NCBI GenBank assembly: GCA_963712665.1
Contig: CAVQIV010000026.1
Location: 257,045 to 321,044 of the forward strand
Reading direction: 5' to 3'
Source of the DNA: Thermoanaerobaculaceae bacterium
GTDB taxonomy: Bacteria; Acidobacteriota; Thermoanaerobaculia; Multivoradales; UBA5704
DNA length: 64,000 nucleotides
Part shown: one piece after another, positions 48,335 to 56,730 of the stretch
Layout of the letters: each line of letters opens with the position of its first letter
Position numbering within the stretch: position 1 is the stretch's first letter
Notes under the pieces: model-generated
Seen by the model: only the letters and a program-made list of their open reading frames with translations
What the model was told of the DNA's origin: nothing
Database searches by the model: none
Position numbers and translations under genes: made by a program

Positions 48335-50459
48335 GTTTTGGCCCATGTTCTGGGTGGATCTGCTGGGAGCCGCGCTGACGCTCGTCACGCTGGGCTTCCT
48401 CTTCCTGGGAGGTTATCTCGCCGCCCTGCTCCTGCTGGGGGAGGGCGGCGCCCGCGATCCGCTCACCCTGGCCATCGCCTCCCTCCTCCTTGCCACCGCC
48501 GAGGCCTTGGGGATCGGCCTGCTGCTGGGTGGGCTGGGGCTCCTGCGGTTCGACCTGGCCCTGGCGCTTCAGGCGATCATCACCCTGCTCCTGCTGCTGC
48601 GCCTGCGCAAAGCGCCTCCCCCGGGTGGAGTGGAGGGACCGGCGCGGGCCATCGCCGGCCGCTCCTGGGCGATCGTCCGCGAGCACCCGGCCCTGTCGAT
48701 CCTGACGTTGCACGCCGTGGCGAGCGAGGCGTTGCGCGGCCTGCTGCGCCCGCCCCTGTCGTGGGACAGCCTGATGTACCACCTGCTGCTCACCGGCACC
48801 TGGCTGCGCGACCGCAACCTCTTCCCGGTAATTGGCAACATCCCCGTCAACTACTACGGCTACGTCCCGGCCAACGGCTCGGTCTGGTTCTGGTGGTGGA
48901 TGGCGCCGTCGCACAGCGAGCTCTACGTCAACCTGGCGCCCCTCCCTCACTGGCTGCTGTTGGGGCTCGCGGTAGGCGCCATCGCCCGCCAGCTCGGGGC
49001 CCGGCGGCACTGGCCGCTGGCCTCGTTCCTGGTGCTGCTCACGCCCACCGTGATCCGGTTCGTGGCCACCGAATACGTGGACGTCTTCCTGGCCGCGGTC
49101 TTCCTGGCCGCGACCTTCTTTGCCCTGCGCTGGCTGCGGGAGCCGGACTGGCGCTTCGCCGTGCTGGTGGGTGCGGGCCTCGGGTTGGCCGCGGGCGCCA
49201 AGGTACTGGGCATCCCCTACGCCCTGGCCCTGGCCGGGCTGGCGGTGCTGCTCGCCCGCGGCGCCTGGGGCCGGCGTGCCGTCCAGATCGTGGCCGCGCT
49301 GCTGGTGGCCGGACTCCTGGGGAGCTTCTTCTACCTGCGCAACGTGGCCCTGGGCACGGAGCCGCTGGCCATCACCTGCGAGAAGACGTCGAGCGGTCCG
49401 GCCAACGCCAATACGCCCTCGATCCCGCGCAAGAACTCGGTGGTCGATCTCTGGCGGCCGATGATCCACGAGGGGCAGCTCCTGGACTCCTTCCTGGGCA
49501 TCACCCGGCCGCAGTCGCTGGAGCTGGGGGTGGGGCCGCAGGCGTTCGTGCTGCTGCTGGCGATCCTCGTCCTCCCGTTCGGAATGGGCCGCGAGGGGTG
49601 GCGGGAGAGCCTGCTGGTGACCGGGCAGATCTGGGCCGAGCTCGCCTTCTGGCTGCTCGTCCCCTTCGCCAGCTCCCACCACGTCTTCGCCAACATCCGG
49701 TATCTGATCCCGGGGCTCGGCCTCGCCTTCGCCGGCGCCGTGGTCCTGGCCGAGCGCCGGGGGGTGCGCGACCTCTGGATGGAGGGGATCGCTCTCGCCT
49801 TTCTGGCCCAGGGTCTGCTCCAGCTCCATGCCGAGATGCCGCGGGAGGCCCGGCTGGCCCTGGCCGCGGCGGACCTCATGGCCGTGGCCCTCGCTTTTTC
49901 CCCGGCCCTGCGGGCCTTCGCCGTCCGCCGCCGGCGCGAGCTGGTCCTGGCGGCGGTGGTCCTGGCCCTCCTCGTGGCACCCGCCCTCGCCCGCTTCCGG
50001 GTCGCGGACCGGGAGCGGGCCTTCACCACCGAATTCACGGCCCACGCCACCATCGCGCGCTTCCTGGCCCCAGGCTGGGGCTGGCTCGAAGAGCACGGCG
50101 AGGACGGCAACGTCGCGGCCGTCAGCGAGCCGAACAACTACTTCATGTATCCGGCCATGGGGACCCGACTGGAGCGGGACGTCCGCTACGTCAACGTCAA
50201 TCGCGCCAACCGGCCCCTCGCCGTCCAGTACCCAGAGTGCCAGCCGCGGGTCGATCCCTCGGCCGAGGCCTGGATCGAGAACCTGACGGCCCAACGCATC
50301 CGCTGGGTGCACCTCTCCCGCTACCCGGGCTTCGAGTTTCCCCTCGAGCAGCGCTGGGCCGAGGCGAACCCCGGGCTTTTCGCGCTGCGCTTCGAGGACA
50401 AGTCCAACCTGATCTACGAGCTCCTGCCCTCAATCACCCCCACCCAGCCGCCCCCGTAG
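48333..50459 (+). CDS. large polytopic membrane protein, GT-C/PMT_2-like glycosyltransferase candidate
   Basis: ORF 48315..50459 (714 aa) with more than 10 hydrophobic helices and a soluble C-terminal domain. The family assignment is only by architecture. Confidence 0.55.
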   Translation: MFWPMFWVDLLGAALTLVTLGFLFLGGYLAALLLLGEGGARDPLTLAIASLLLATAEALGIGLLLGGLGLLRFDLALALQAIITLLLLLRLRKAPPPGGVEGPARAIAGRSWAIVREHPALSILTLHAVASEALRGLLRPPLSWDSLMYHLLLTGTWLRDRNLFPVIGNIPVNYYGYVPANGSVWFWWWMAPSHSELYVNLAPLPHWLLLGLAVGAIARQLGARRHWPLASFLVLLTPTVIRFVATEYVDVFLAAVFLAATFFALRWLREPDWRFAVLVGAGLGLAAGAKVLGIPYALALAGLAVLLARGAWGRRAVQIVAALLVAGLLGSFFYLRNVALGTEPLAITCEKTSSGPANANTPSIPRKNSVVDLWRPMIHEGQLLDSFLGITRPQSLELGVGPQAFVLLLAILVLPFGMGREGWRESLLVTGQIWAELAFWLLVPFASSHHVFANIRYLIPGLGLAFAGAVVLAERRGVRDLWMEGIALAFLAQGLLQLHAEMPREARLALAAADLMAVALAFSPALRAFAVRRRRELVLAAVVLALLVAPALARFRVADRERAFTTEFTAHATIARFLAPGWGWLEEHGEDGNVAAVSEPNNYFMYPAMGTRLERDVRYVNVNRANRPLAVQYPECQPRVDPSAEAWIENLTAQRIRWVHLSRYPGFEFPLEQRWAEANPGLFALRFEDKSNLIYELLPSITPTQPPP

Positions 50460-52226
50460 CCTCAAGCCCGCCCGATTCCCCGGGTCCAGCTCCAGCAGCC
50501 GCTGGTTGAGCTCTCTCGCCTTGGGGAGGTCCCCCCGGCGGGCGGCGAGCAGGGCGGCGTTCTGGAGCGCGGGCAGGTTCTGGGGATTGAGGGCGAGGGC
50601 GCGGCCCAGGTGGAGCTCCGCCTGGTCGAGATCGCCCATCGCCAGATAGACGCCCCCCAGATTGCTCTCGACGTCGTCCGACCGGGGCTCCAGGATTGCG
50701 GCGCGCTGGTAGAAGCGGAGGGCTGTGGCCCAGTCCCCCTGTCTTGCTGCGAGGTTGCCGAGGTTGAGGCAGGCGAGGAAGTCCTTGGGATTGAGGATGA
50801 ACGCCGCCTTGTAGTGCTCCCGGGCCTCGTCGCTCCGTCCCTGCTCGTCATAGAGCCGTCCCAGGTTGTAGTGTACGAGGTCCATCCGCGGCTCGAAGCC
50901 CACGATCCGGGGCAGGAGGAGCGCCGCGAGGCCGATCCCCGCCAGGCCCGCGGCCCGCCGCCGGCTGCCCGTCCTCCAGGCCTCTCTCAAGGCTGCGAGA
51001 GTCACTCCCCCCAAAATGAGGAGGGCCGGCACCCCTGGCAGCCGATAGCGGGAGAAGAGGAAGAAGATCACCGTCGAGAGCATCCAGCCGACGAGGAAGA
51101 GCAGGGCGGGAGCCAAGGCGCCGAGCCGCCGTCGGGCGAGGACGAGCCCCGCCAAGGCGAGGATCACGGCGCCGCCGAATTCGAGCAGCGGCAGCCGGAG
51201 GACCGGGGAGAGTGTCTTCACGTAGTAGTAGTCCACCGCGTCCGGCCACTCGTACCAGCTCCAGAACATGCCGAGCTTGTGGACCTGAAGGCGGAGGAAC
51301 TCTCCGGGCTCCTGCCGCGCCCAGACCAGGGCCCGGCCCAGCCAGTAGCGGGAGACCTCGCCGGCCGAGAGCCGCCGGCCCGCGGCCTGCTCGGCCAGCC
51401 GTACCGGCTCCCGCCGCTCCAAAGCCGGGATCTGCTTGCCCGGGACGATGGGCTGATAGGTGCCGTCCGCCTGCGGGTTGTTGCCGATGTAGAAGTTCAC
51501 GCCCCCCTGGAAGGTGGTGGGAAGGAAATCCCCACCTACCAGCCCGTTCCGCAGCGCCACCGGCAGCAGGGCGAGGACGAGGCCCGCGAGCAGGGCTCCA
51601 CCCCTTCGGAGCAACGCTCGTCCCCCTCCCTCCCGGGTCCAGGCCAAGGGCAGCAGGAAGGGGATGAGGAGCAGGGCGTTCTCCCGCAGCAGGGCCAGGA
51701 TGCCCAGCAGAGCCCCAGCCGTCAGCCAGCGGCCCACCCCTGGATGGGATCGGGCCGCAGCCAGTGCCCAGAGGAGGAACGAGGTCACGGCCACGGCGGG
51801 CGACTCCTTGAGGAACTGCGCGTCATAGAAGAGGAAGGGGCCGTAGACCGCCGCCAGCAGGGCCGCCCCGAGACCCACGCTTTCGCCCCCCATCTCACGC
51901 CCGGCCCGGTAGAGGGCATAGCATCCGGCCACGGCGAGACCGATCTGGACGAGATAGACCGCGTCCAGGCTCCGCCCGCAGAGGACGTAGAGAACGGCCA
52001 GGAGATAGGGGTAGAGGGGAGCCTGGAAGAAGACCTGGGAGCCCAGCCAGTCCCCGGCCGCGATCCCCTGCGCCCAGCGGTCGTACTCCTGGCTGTCCAT
52101 GACCAGCCAGGCGAAGAACGGCTGATCCCGCACCGCCCACCAGTGCGCGAGCCGCAACCCGAGCGCCAGTGCCAGGATGGCCCCGAGGGCGAGGAGAAGC
52201 CGGCGGGAGGGCCGCTGCGGTTCCAT
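50430..52226 (-). CDS. GT-C (family 39/PMT_2-like) glycosyltransferase with C-terminal TPR repeats
   Basis: ATG 52226 in ORF 50430..52991. Polytopic N-terminal part; C-terminal TPRs (YNLGRLYDEQGRSDEAREHYKAAFILNP..., NLGGVYLAMGDLDQAELHL). Confidence 0.75.
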   Translation of the reverse strand: MEPQRPSRRLLLALGAILALALGLRLAHWWAVRDQPFFAWLVMDSQEYDRWAQGIAAGDWLGSQVFFQAPLYPYLLAVLYVLCGRSLDAVYLVQIGLAVAGCYALYRAGREMGGESVGLGAALLAAVYGPFLFYDAQFLKESPAVAVTSFLLWALAAARSHPGVGRWLTAGALLGILALLRENALLLIPFLLPLAWTREGGGRALLRRGGALLAGLVLALLPVALRNGLVGGDFLPTTFQGGVNFYIGNNPQADGTYQPIVPGKQIPALERREPVRLAEQAAGRRLSAGEVSRYWLGRALVWARQEPGEFLRLQVHKLGMFWSWYEWPDAVDYYYVKTLSPVLRLPLLEFGGAVILALAGLVLARRRLGALAPALLFLVGWMLSTVIFFLFSRYRLPGVPALLILGGVTLAALREAWRTGSRRRAAGLAGIGLAALLLPRIVGFEPRMDLVHYNLGRLYDEQGRSDEAREHYKAAFILNPKDFLACLNLGNLAARQGDWATALRFYQRAAILEPRSDDVESNLGGVYLAMGDLDQAELHLGRALALNPQNLPALQNAALLAARRGDLPKARELNQRLLELDPGNRAGLRLRGRLGGGD

Positions 52227-52313
52227 GGAGGGGATTACTCTGGCACAGATCTCCGCCTGCTGACGCCCGGCCGTGCTACCATTTCCCGGTTTCTTCCCAA
52301 CCTGGAGCATGCC

Positions 52314-52952
52314 ATGGCGACCGTTGAATTCACAGGCAACTACGACGATCTTTCGACCGACCGCGGTTATCAATTCAAGTTCTATTGCGAGAAGTGCGGC
52401 AACGGCTACATGTCGACCTTCAAGAGCTCGAAGCTCGGCATGGCCGCCTCGGCGGCCTCGGTGGCCAGCAACCTCCTGGGGGGGCTCTTCGGCCGCGTCT
52501 CCGACACCGCCTACGAGATCCAGCGCGCCGTGGGCGGCCCGGCCCACGACGCCGCCCTGAGGGAGGCAGTGGCGGAGATCCGCCCCCTGTTCAAGCAGTG
52601 CACCCGCTGCGGCCGCTGGGTCTGCGGGCCGGTCTGCTTCAACGAGAGGGCCGGGCTCTGCGAATACTGCGCGCCCGACATGGACGAGGAGATCGCCTCC
52701 GCCCAGGCCGAAGCTGCCAAGCAGCAGGCCTTCGAGAAGGCCCAGCAAGTGGACTGGATGAAGGGCCGGGACCTGGGCCAGGTCACCGGCACCACCTGCA
52801 AAGCCTGCAACGCCAAGCTCGCCGCCGGAGCCAAATTCTGCCCCGAGTGCGGCACCCCCACCACCGCGGTGAAGAAACACTGCACCGGCTGCGGCGTCCA
52901 GATCGAGGGCAACCCCCGGTTCTGCCCCGAGTGCGGGCAGAAGCTGGCGTAG
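52314..52952 (+). CDS. zinc-ribbon domain protein (several CxxC pairs)
   Basis: ATG 52314 in ORF 50610..52952. CEKCG, CTRCGRWVC, CEYC, CKACN..CPECG, CTGCG..CPECG. Confidence 0.7.
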   Translation: MATVEFTGNYDDLSTDRGYQFKFYCEKCGNGYMSTFKSSKLGMAASAASVASNLLGGLFGRVSDTAYEIQRAVGGPAHDAALREAVAEIRPLFKQCTRCGRWVCGPVCFNERAGLCEYCAPDMDEEIASAQAEAAKQQAFEKAQQVDWMKGRDLGQVTGTTCKACNAKLAAGAKFCPECGTPTTAVKKHCTGCGVQIEGNPRFCPECGQKLA

Positions 52953-52960
52953 GCCCGGCG

Positions 52961-52997
52961 AGGATCTTGAGGTCATAGATTGTGACCTCAAGATCCT
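52961..52997. terminator. perfect 15-bp-stem hairpin between convergent genes; member (a) of the TTGAGGT...ACCTCAA palindrome family
   Basis: AGGATCTTGAGGTCA tagattg TGACCTCAAGATCCT. Lies 9 nt after the zinc-ribbon gene stop and 4 nt before the ORF6N stop. Confidence 0.6.
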
Positions 52998-53000
52998 TTC

Positions 53001-53519
53001 TCAACGCTCCAGCTCCTGGAAACCGATCCGTCGGGTCCCTCTCTTCGTCGGCTCCATCATCTGGCGAAGGGCGTCGAACACCACGGTGAACTGGCCGTCG
53101 TATTTCTTCTCCAGCTCGTCGAACCTCCGGACGAGGTCGGCTCGGGAGGTCATCTCCCGCCGGAGGCGGACGAAGGCCCGCATGATCTCGATGTTGACCC
53201 GCACCGCCCTCTCGCTGCGGAGGACGCTCGACAGCATGGCCACCCCCTGCTCGGTGAAGGCATAGGGCAGGAATCTGCGGCCGCCCCAACTTGAGGTTCC
53301 AAATTGGAACCTCAAGATTTCGACTTCCTCAGGAGTCAATTGGAACATAAAGTCAATAGGAAAGCGGTCCAGGTTACGCTTCATGGCCTTGATGAGGTTC
53401 TTGGTCTCCACTCCGTAGAGAGCGGCGATGTCCTTGTCCAGCATGACCCTCTCCCCCCGCACGACCAGGATCGCGTGCTCGATCCTCTCCGCGGGCAGCA
53501 ACGCCTGAGTCTCATCCAT
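53001..53519 (-). CDS. ORF6N (KilA-N-related) domain protein
   Basis: ATG 53519 in ORF 53001..53612. [39 protein letters not shown]...[25 protein letters not shown]. Lower-GC cassette. Confidence 0.85.
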   Translation of the reverse strand: MDETQALLPAERIEHAILVVRGERVMLDKDIAALYGVETKNLIKAMKRNLDRFPIDFMFQLTPEEVEILRFQFGTSSWGGRRFLPYAFTEQGVAMLSSVLRSERAVRVNIEIMRAFVRLRREMTSRADLVRRFDELEKKYDGQFTVVFDALRQMMEPTKRGTRRIGFQELER

Positions 53520-53542
53520 GGCAGGCCCCCTCCCTGGGGCGA

Positions 53543-53567
53543 TTGAGGTACCAGATTGGCACCTCAA
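53543..53567. promoter_or_regulatory. palindrome (c) TTGAGGTACCAGATTGGCACCTCAA, 24 nt upstream of the ORF6N start (candidate operator)
   Basis: Read directly. Near-identical to palindrome (d). Confidence 0.5.
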
Positions 53568-53726
53568 AGCTGGAGACCATCTCCAGCAGGGGCCGCGATG
53601 GGCTCTCCCCATCTATATAAACGGAAAATCCTTCGCTCATCGCTCAACTATTTTCGCCGGAGAGGGATTTCGGGCCCGGCTGACCGTCCAGCTCATCCTT
53701 TGAGGCTACAAAATTGCCCCCTCCAA

Positions 53727-53753
53727 TTTGAGGTACCAATTTGGCACCTCAAA
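53727..53753. promoter_or_regulatory. palindrome (d) TTTGAGGTACCAATTTGGCACCTCAAA, overlapping the stop codon of the flippase-like gene
   Basis: Read directly. An extra half-site TTTGAGGCT lies at about 53698. Confidence 0.5.
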
Positions 53754-54672
53754 CGCCATCGCCCCGCCGCCCTGCCAGCCACCGCGCCAGGAACGGCACG
53801 GCCAGCAGCCCCAGCAGCACCGCGAACCATAGCGTCGCCCCGCGGGTGACGAGGGTCACGGAGCTGGCGTCCGCCGTGTCCAGTCCCTGGGAGTGGAGGA
53901 GGGCGGCGAGGGCTCCCTCGGCGGCGCCGAGACCGCCGGGGAGCATGGAGAGGGCGCCCAGGAAGGTGGAGCCCGTGTAGTTGAAGAGGGAGAGGAGAAG
54001 CCCGGCCTTCGGCGCGTACTGCCGCACCACCAGGAAGAAGCCCACCCCCTCCGCTCCCCACGCCAGCACCGACAGCGCCAGCGCGAAGAAGAGGAGCCCC
54101 GGGGAGAGGAGCGACCGCAGCCGCTCGTAGAGCTCCTCCAGGCGGGGCACCCGCGGACCCAGGACAGGAAGCCTCGCCAGGACGCGGAAGAGCAGCGCCG
54201 CCACGCTCCGCCAAGTGAGCGCCGCCACGGCCACGGCCACCCCGGCGATTCCCGCCGCGGCGATCCAGGGTCCTCCGGGGAAGGGGAGGGCCCCGAGGGC
54301 GATCAGCAGCAGCACGCCCAGGAGGTCCGTCACCCGCTCGGCCAAGACCGCAGGCACCACCTTGAGCGCCGGCCCGCCCCCCAGCTCCCGCACCAGCCAG
54401 GCCTTGCCCAGCTCTCCGGCCTTGCCCGGCGTCACCGAGAGGAGGAATCCGGCGAGGAACACGGCCAGGCTGCGCCCCGGCGGCAGGCGCACCTCCAGCC
54501 GGCGGAGGTAGACCTGCCAGCGGCTGAAGCGCAGGGCATAATTGAGGAGCGAGAGGGAGAGGACGGGGATCAGCAGCCGGACGTCGAATCCCGAGAGGCT
54601 CCGCGCCAGCTCGGCCGGATTCGCCGAGAGGGCGAGCCCGACGACGACCAAAACGCCCAGACCCAGCGGCAC
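53749..54672 (-). CDS. flippase-like / lysylphosphatidylglycerol-synthase-TM (UPF0104) family membrane protein (start uncertain)
   Basis: ORF 53749..54990; the first plausible start after the upstream stop is GTG 54672. Motif LLSVTPGKAGELGKAWLV. Confidence 0.7.
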   Translation of the reverse strand: MPLGLGVLVVVGLALSANPAELARSLSGFDVRLLIPVLSLSLLNYALRFSRWQVYLRRLEVRLPPGRSLAVFLAGFLLSVTPGKAGELGKAWLVRELGGGPALKVVPAVLAERVTDLLGVLLLIALGALPFPGGPWIAAAGIAGVAVAVAALTWRSVAALLFRVLARLPVLGPRVPRLEELYERLRSLLSPGLLFFALALSVLAWGAEGVGFFLVVRQYAPKAGLLLSLFNYTGSTFLGALSMLPGGLGAAEGALAALLHSQGLDTADASSVTLVTRGATLWFAVLLGLLAVPFLARWLAGRRGDGV

Positions 54673-54722
54673 CAGCAGCCGGCGGCCGAGCCGCTCCAGC
54701 CCTGAGCCCTCCTCGCCGGCGC

Positions 54723-55838
54723 TCAGGCCGCCTTCTCTTCTTCCCGGACCGCCTCGGGATACTGCTCGAACAGGCGCATCCACTTGCTGGTCTTCTTGTA
54801 GTGGTCGATGCGGCGCTTGCCCACCGTCGGGTACCAGGCGAAGTCGTGGTAGAAGTACGAGCCGAATACGAAGAAGTAGACGAGCGGCGTGCGGAACAGC
54901 AGCTTCTGGATCCCTTTGAGCGGCCCGAACCACACCAGGTCGCCGAAGCGGGAGACGGCGTTGTCCCCTACCGAGAAGTGGAAGTTCCACTTCGAGACGT
55001 CCTCGCCCACCACCTCGATGTCCCGCGGATCGCCCACGCCCAGGCCGGCGTCATGGGCCAGCCGGATGTAGGGGATCGACATGGGATCGAAGCCCATCAC
55101 CTTGGCCGCCACGGCGTCGATGGCCACCTGGTCGCCCGAGGCCATCATGAAGTCCTTCTCGACCGGGATCATCGTCCGCGGCCCCGGGCCGTTGCCGCAG
55201 GTCGTGCCGTCCATCACCGCGAAGAGGCCGGAGTGGATCTCCTTCTGGATGGTCAGGAGGTCCACCAGCGTCTCGTGGATGTAGGAGTGGGTGTAGTGCC
55301 GGCGGGTGTTGAGCAGGCCGCCGAAGGCGTTTTTCATGGCGCCCGTGGTGGTGGTGTAGATGTGGCACTTCACCGTCGGCAGGTGGACGATGTTCTTGCC
55401 GAGGAAGAACTCGGGGATGGTGATTCCCTCGGGGTAGATCTTCGGCAGCACCAGCATCTTCCCCTTGGGCTGGTAGGTGATCCACTTGAGGTCGTCCGCG
55501 AAGCAGTTGTAGCGCACGGGCACGCCGTACTTGTCCAGCACCGGCAGGTAGCGGTTGAGCCGCTCGCCCTTCTTGGGATCGGTGACGACGGTGTTGTTCT
55601 GCACGCAGACCTGGTCCGTGTACCCGTCGGCGCGCAGCTTCTGGATGGTCCCCTCGAGCTGCCAGGGGGTGGTATTGGCCCCCGGGAACGGGAAGTGCCA
55701 GGAGATGTTGTCCTTGAGGATCGTGGTGGCGCCCGGCGCGAGATAGCGCTCAACCTCCGCCAGCTCCATGGTGCGCCCCACGTCCGCGAGGACGTTCTCG
55801 GGGTTGGTCTTCAAGACGGCGACACGCGCTTTGGCCAT
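54723..55838 (-). CDS. DUF362 domain-containing protein
   Basis: ATG 55838 in ORF 54723..55913. VAVLKTNPENV...ILKDNISW...DGTTCGNGPGP. C-terminal hydrophobic tail. Confidence 0.85.
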   Translation of the reverse strand: MAKARVAVLKTNPENVLADVGRTMELAEVERYLAPGATTILKDNISWHFPFPGANTTPWQLEGTIQKLRADGYTDQVCVQNNTVVTDPKKGERLNRYLPVLDKYGVPVRYNCFADDLKWITYQPKGKMLVLPKIYPEGITIPEFFLGKNIVHLPTVKCHIYTTTTGAMKNAFGGLLNTRRHYTHSYIHETLVDLLTIQKEIHSGLFAVMDGTTCGNGPGPRTMIPVEKDFMMASGDQVAIDAVAAKVMGFDPMSIPYIRLAHDAGLGVGDPRDIEVVGEDVSKWNFHFSVGDNAVSRFGDLVWFGPLKGIQKLLFRTPLVYFFVFGSYFYHDFAWYPTVGKRRIDHYKKTSKWMRLFEQYPEAVREEEKAA

Positions 55839-55939
55839 GAACAGGGCTCCGGATCGATGGATGATTGCCGCGCCGCGGCGACGCGGGACTGACATTATAG
55901 CCCCCTCATTCAAGTCTCGTGCCCTACCGGGGAGGCTCC

Positions 55940-56268
55940 GCCCTCGCGAATTCTCGTCCCGCCCTCGCGAATTCTGGGTGCGCCCTCGCGAGTTTTCTTC
56001 GCGCCCTCGCGAGTTTCATATGGAAATTCGCGAGTTATATATGGGCCCTCGCGAGGGCGTTACGAGAACTCGTGAGGGCCGGTCCGCCCCTCGCGGGTTC
56101 TATATGAAAACTCGCGGATTACATATGGGCCCTCGCCAGGGCGCTACGAGAATTCGCGAGGGCGCGAAGAAAACTCGCGAGGGCCGGACGAAAACTCGCG
56201 AGGGCGCGGCGAGAATTCGCCGGGGGGCGGACGAAATTCGCGAGGGGGGGCGGCTATACTCGCCAGCC
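55940..56268. repeat. 16-unit tandem array with exact 21-bp phasing of a palindromic core (C)TCGCGAG
   Basis: T of TCG at 55944, 55965, 55986, 56007, 56028, 56049, 56070, 56091, 56112, 56133, 56154, 56175, 56196, 56217 and 56238 (all spaced 21), then 56260 (spaced 22). Units 1-4 read GCCCTCGCGA(A/G)TT; units 11-15 are the reverse-complement form (A/G)AA(A/T)TCGCGAGGGC; unit 6 is the full 14-bp palindrome GCCCTCGCGAGGGC (56045-58). Confidence 0.95.
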
Positions 56269-56271
56269 GTC

Positions 56272-56730
56272 ATGCGAGCACGCTGGCAGCCTCGGGTGGC
56301 CCTCATCCTGGTGGCGGTCTACCTGCTGATCGCGATTCCGGTGGGGGTGCGCAAGACCTTCCTCCTCCTGCGGGCGTCGGCGAAGACGGTGGGCGAACCG
56401 GTCAAGGCCTTGCGTCCGCGGATCTTCGGCCGGGGGTACGTGGCCGCGATCGAGGAGATCCGGCGCGCGATCCCCGAGGACGAGCCCTACCTGCTGAGCG
56501 AGCTAGACGAGAGGGACTCCCGGCTCTGGGTGCGCTTCGATCTCCTGCCGCGCCGCGCCATCTTCTTGCGCAGCGGGGGATCGCCCGAGGAGGGATTCGA
56601 CTGCTGGCGGGAGCAGGTCCGCTGGGAGGTGGTGGCGACGGGCATCAACCGGCCGCCCCTGTTGCGGGAGCGGCCCGTCACGGTGCCGCCGGGCTGCCCG
56701 CCGGCGCCCTGGCGGGAGCGGCAGCGGTGA
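56272..56730 (+). CDS. hypothetical N-terminally membrane-anchored protein; start could lie upstream inside the repeat array (in-frame ATG at 56020)
   Basis: ATG 56272 is in frame in ORF 55768..56730. MRARWQPRVALILVAVYLLIAIPVGV is a signal-anchor. Confidence 0.5.
   Translation: MRARWQPRVALILVAVYLLIAIPVGVRKTFLLLRASAKTVGEPVKALRPRIFGRGYVAAIEEIRRAIPEDEPYLLSELDERDSRLWVRFDLLPRRAIFLRSGGSPEEGFDCWREQVRWEVVATGINRPPLLRERPVTVPPGCPPAPWRERQR

Noticed and set aside
52961-53753. Integron attC sites or IS200/IS605-type subterminal hairpins as the identity of the TTGAGGT palindromes
   Set aside because: No RYYYAAC/GTTRRRY core pair, no intI, and no TnpA/TnpB gene. One copy lies inside a coding sequence.
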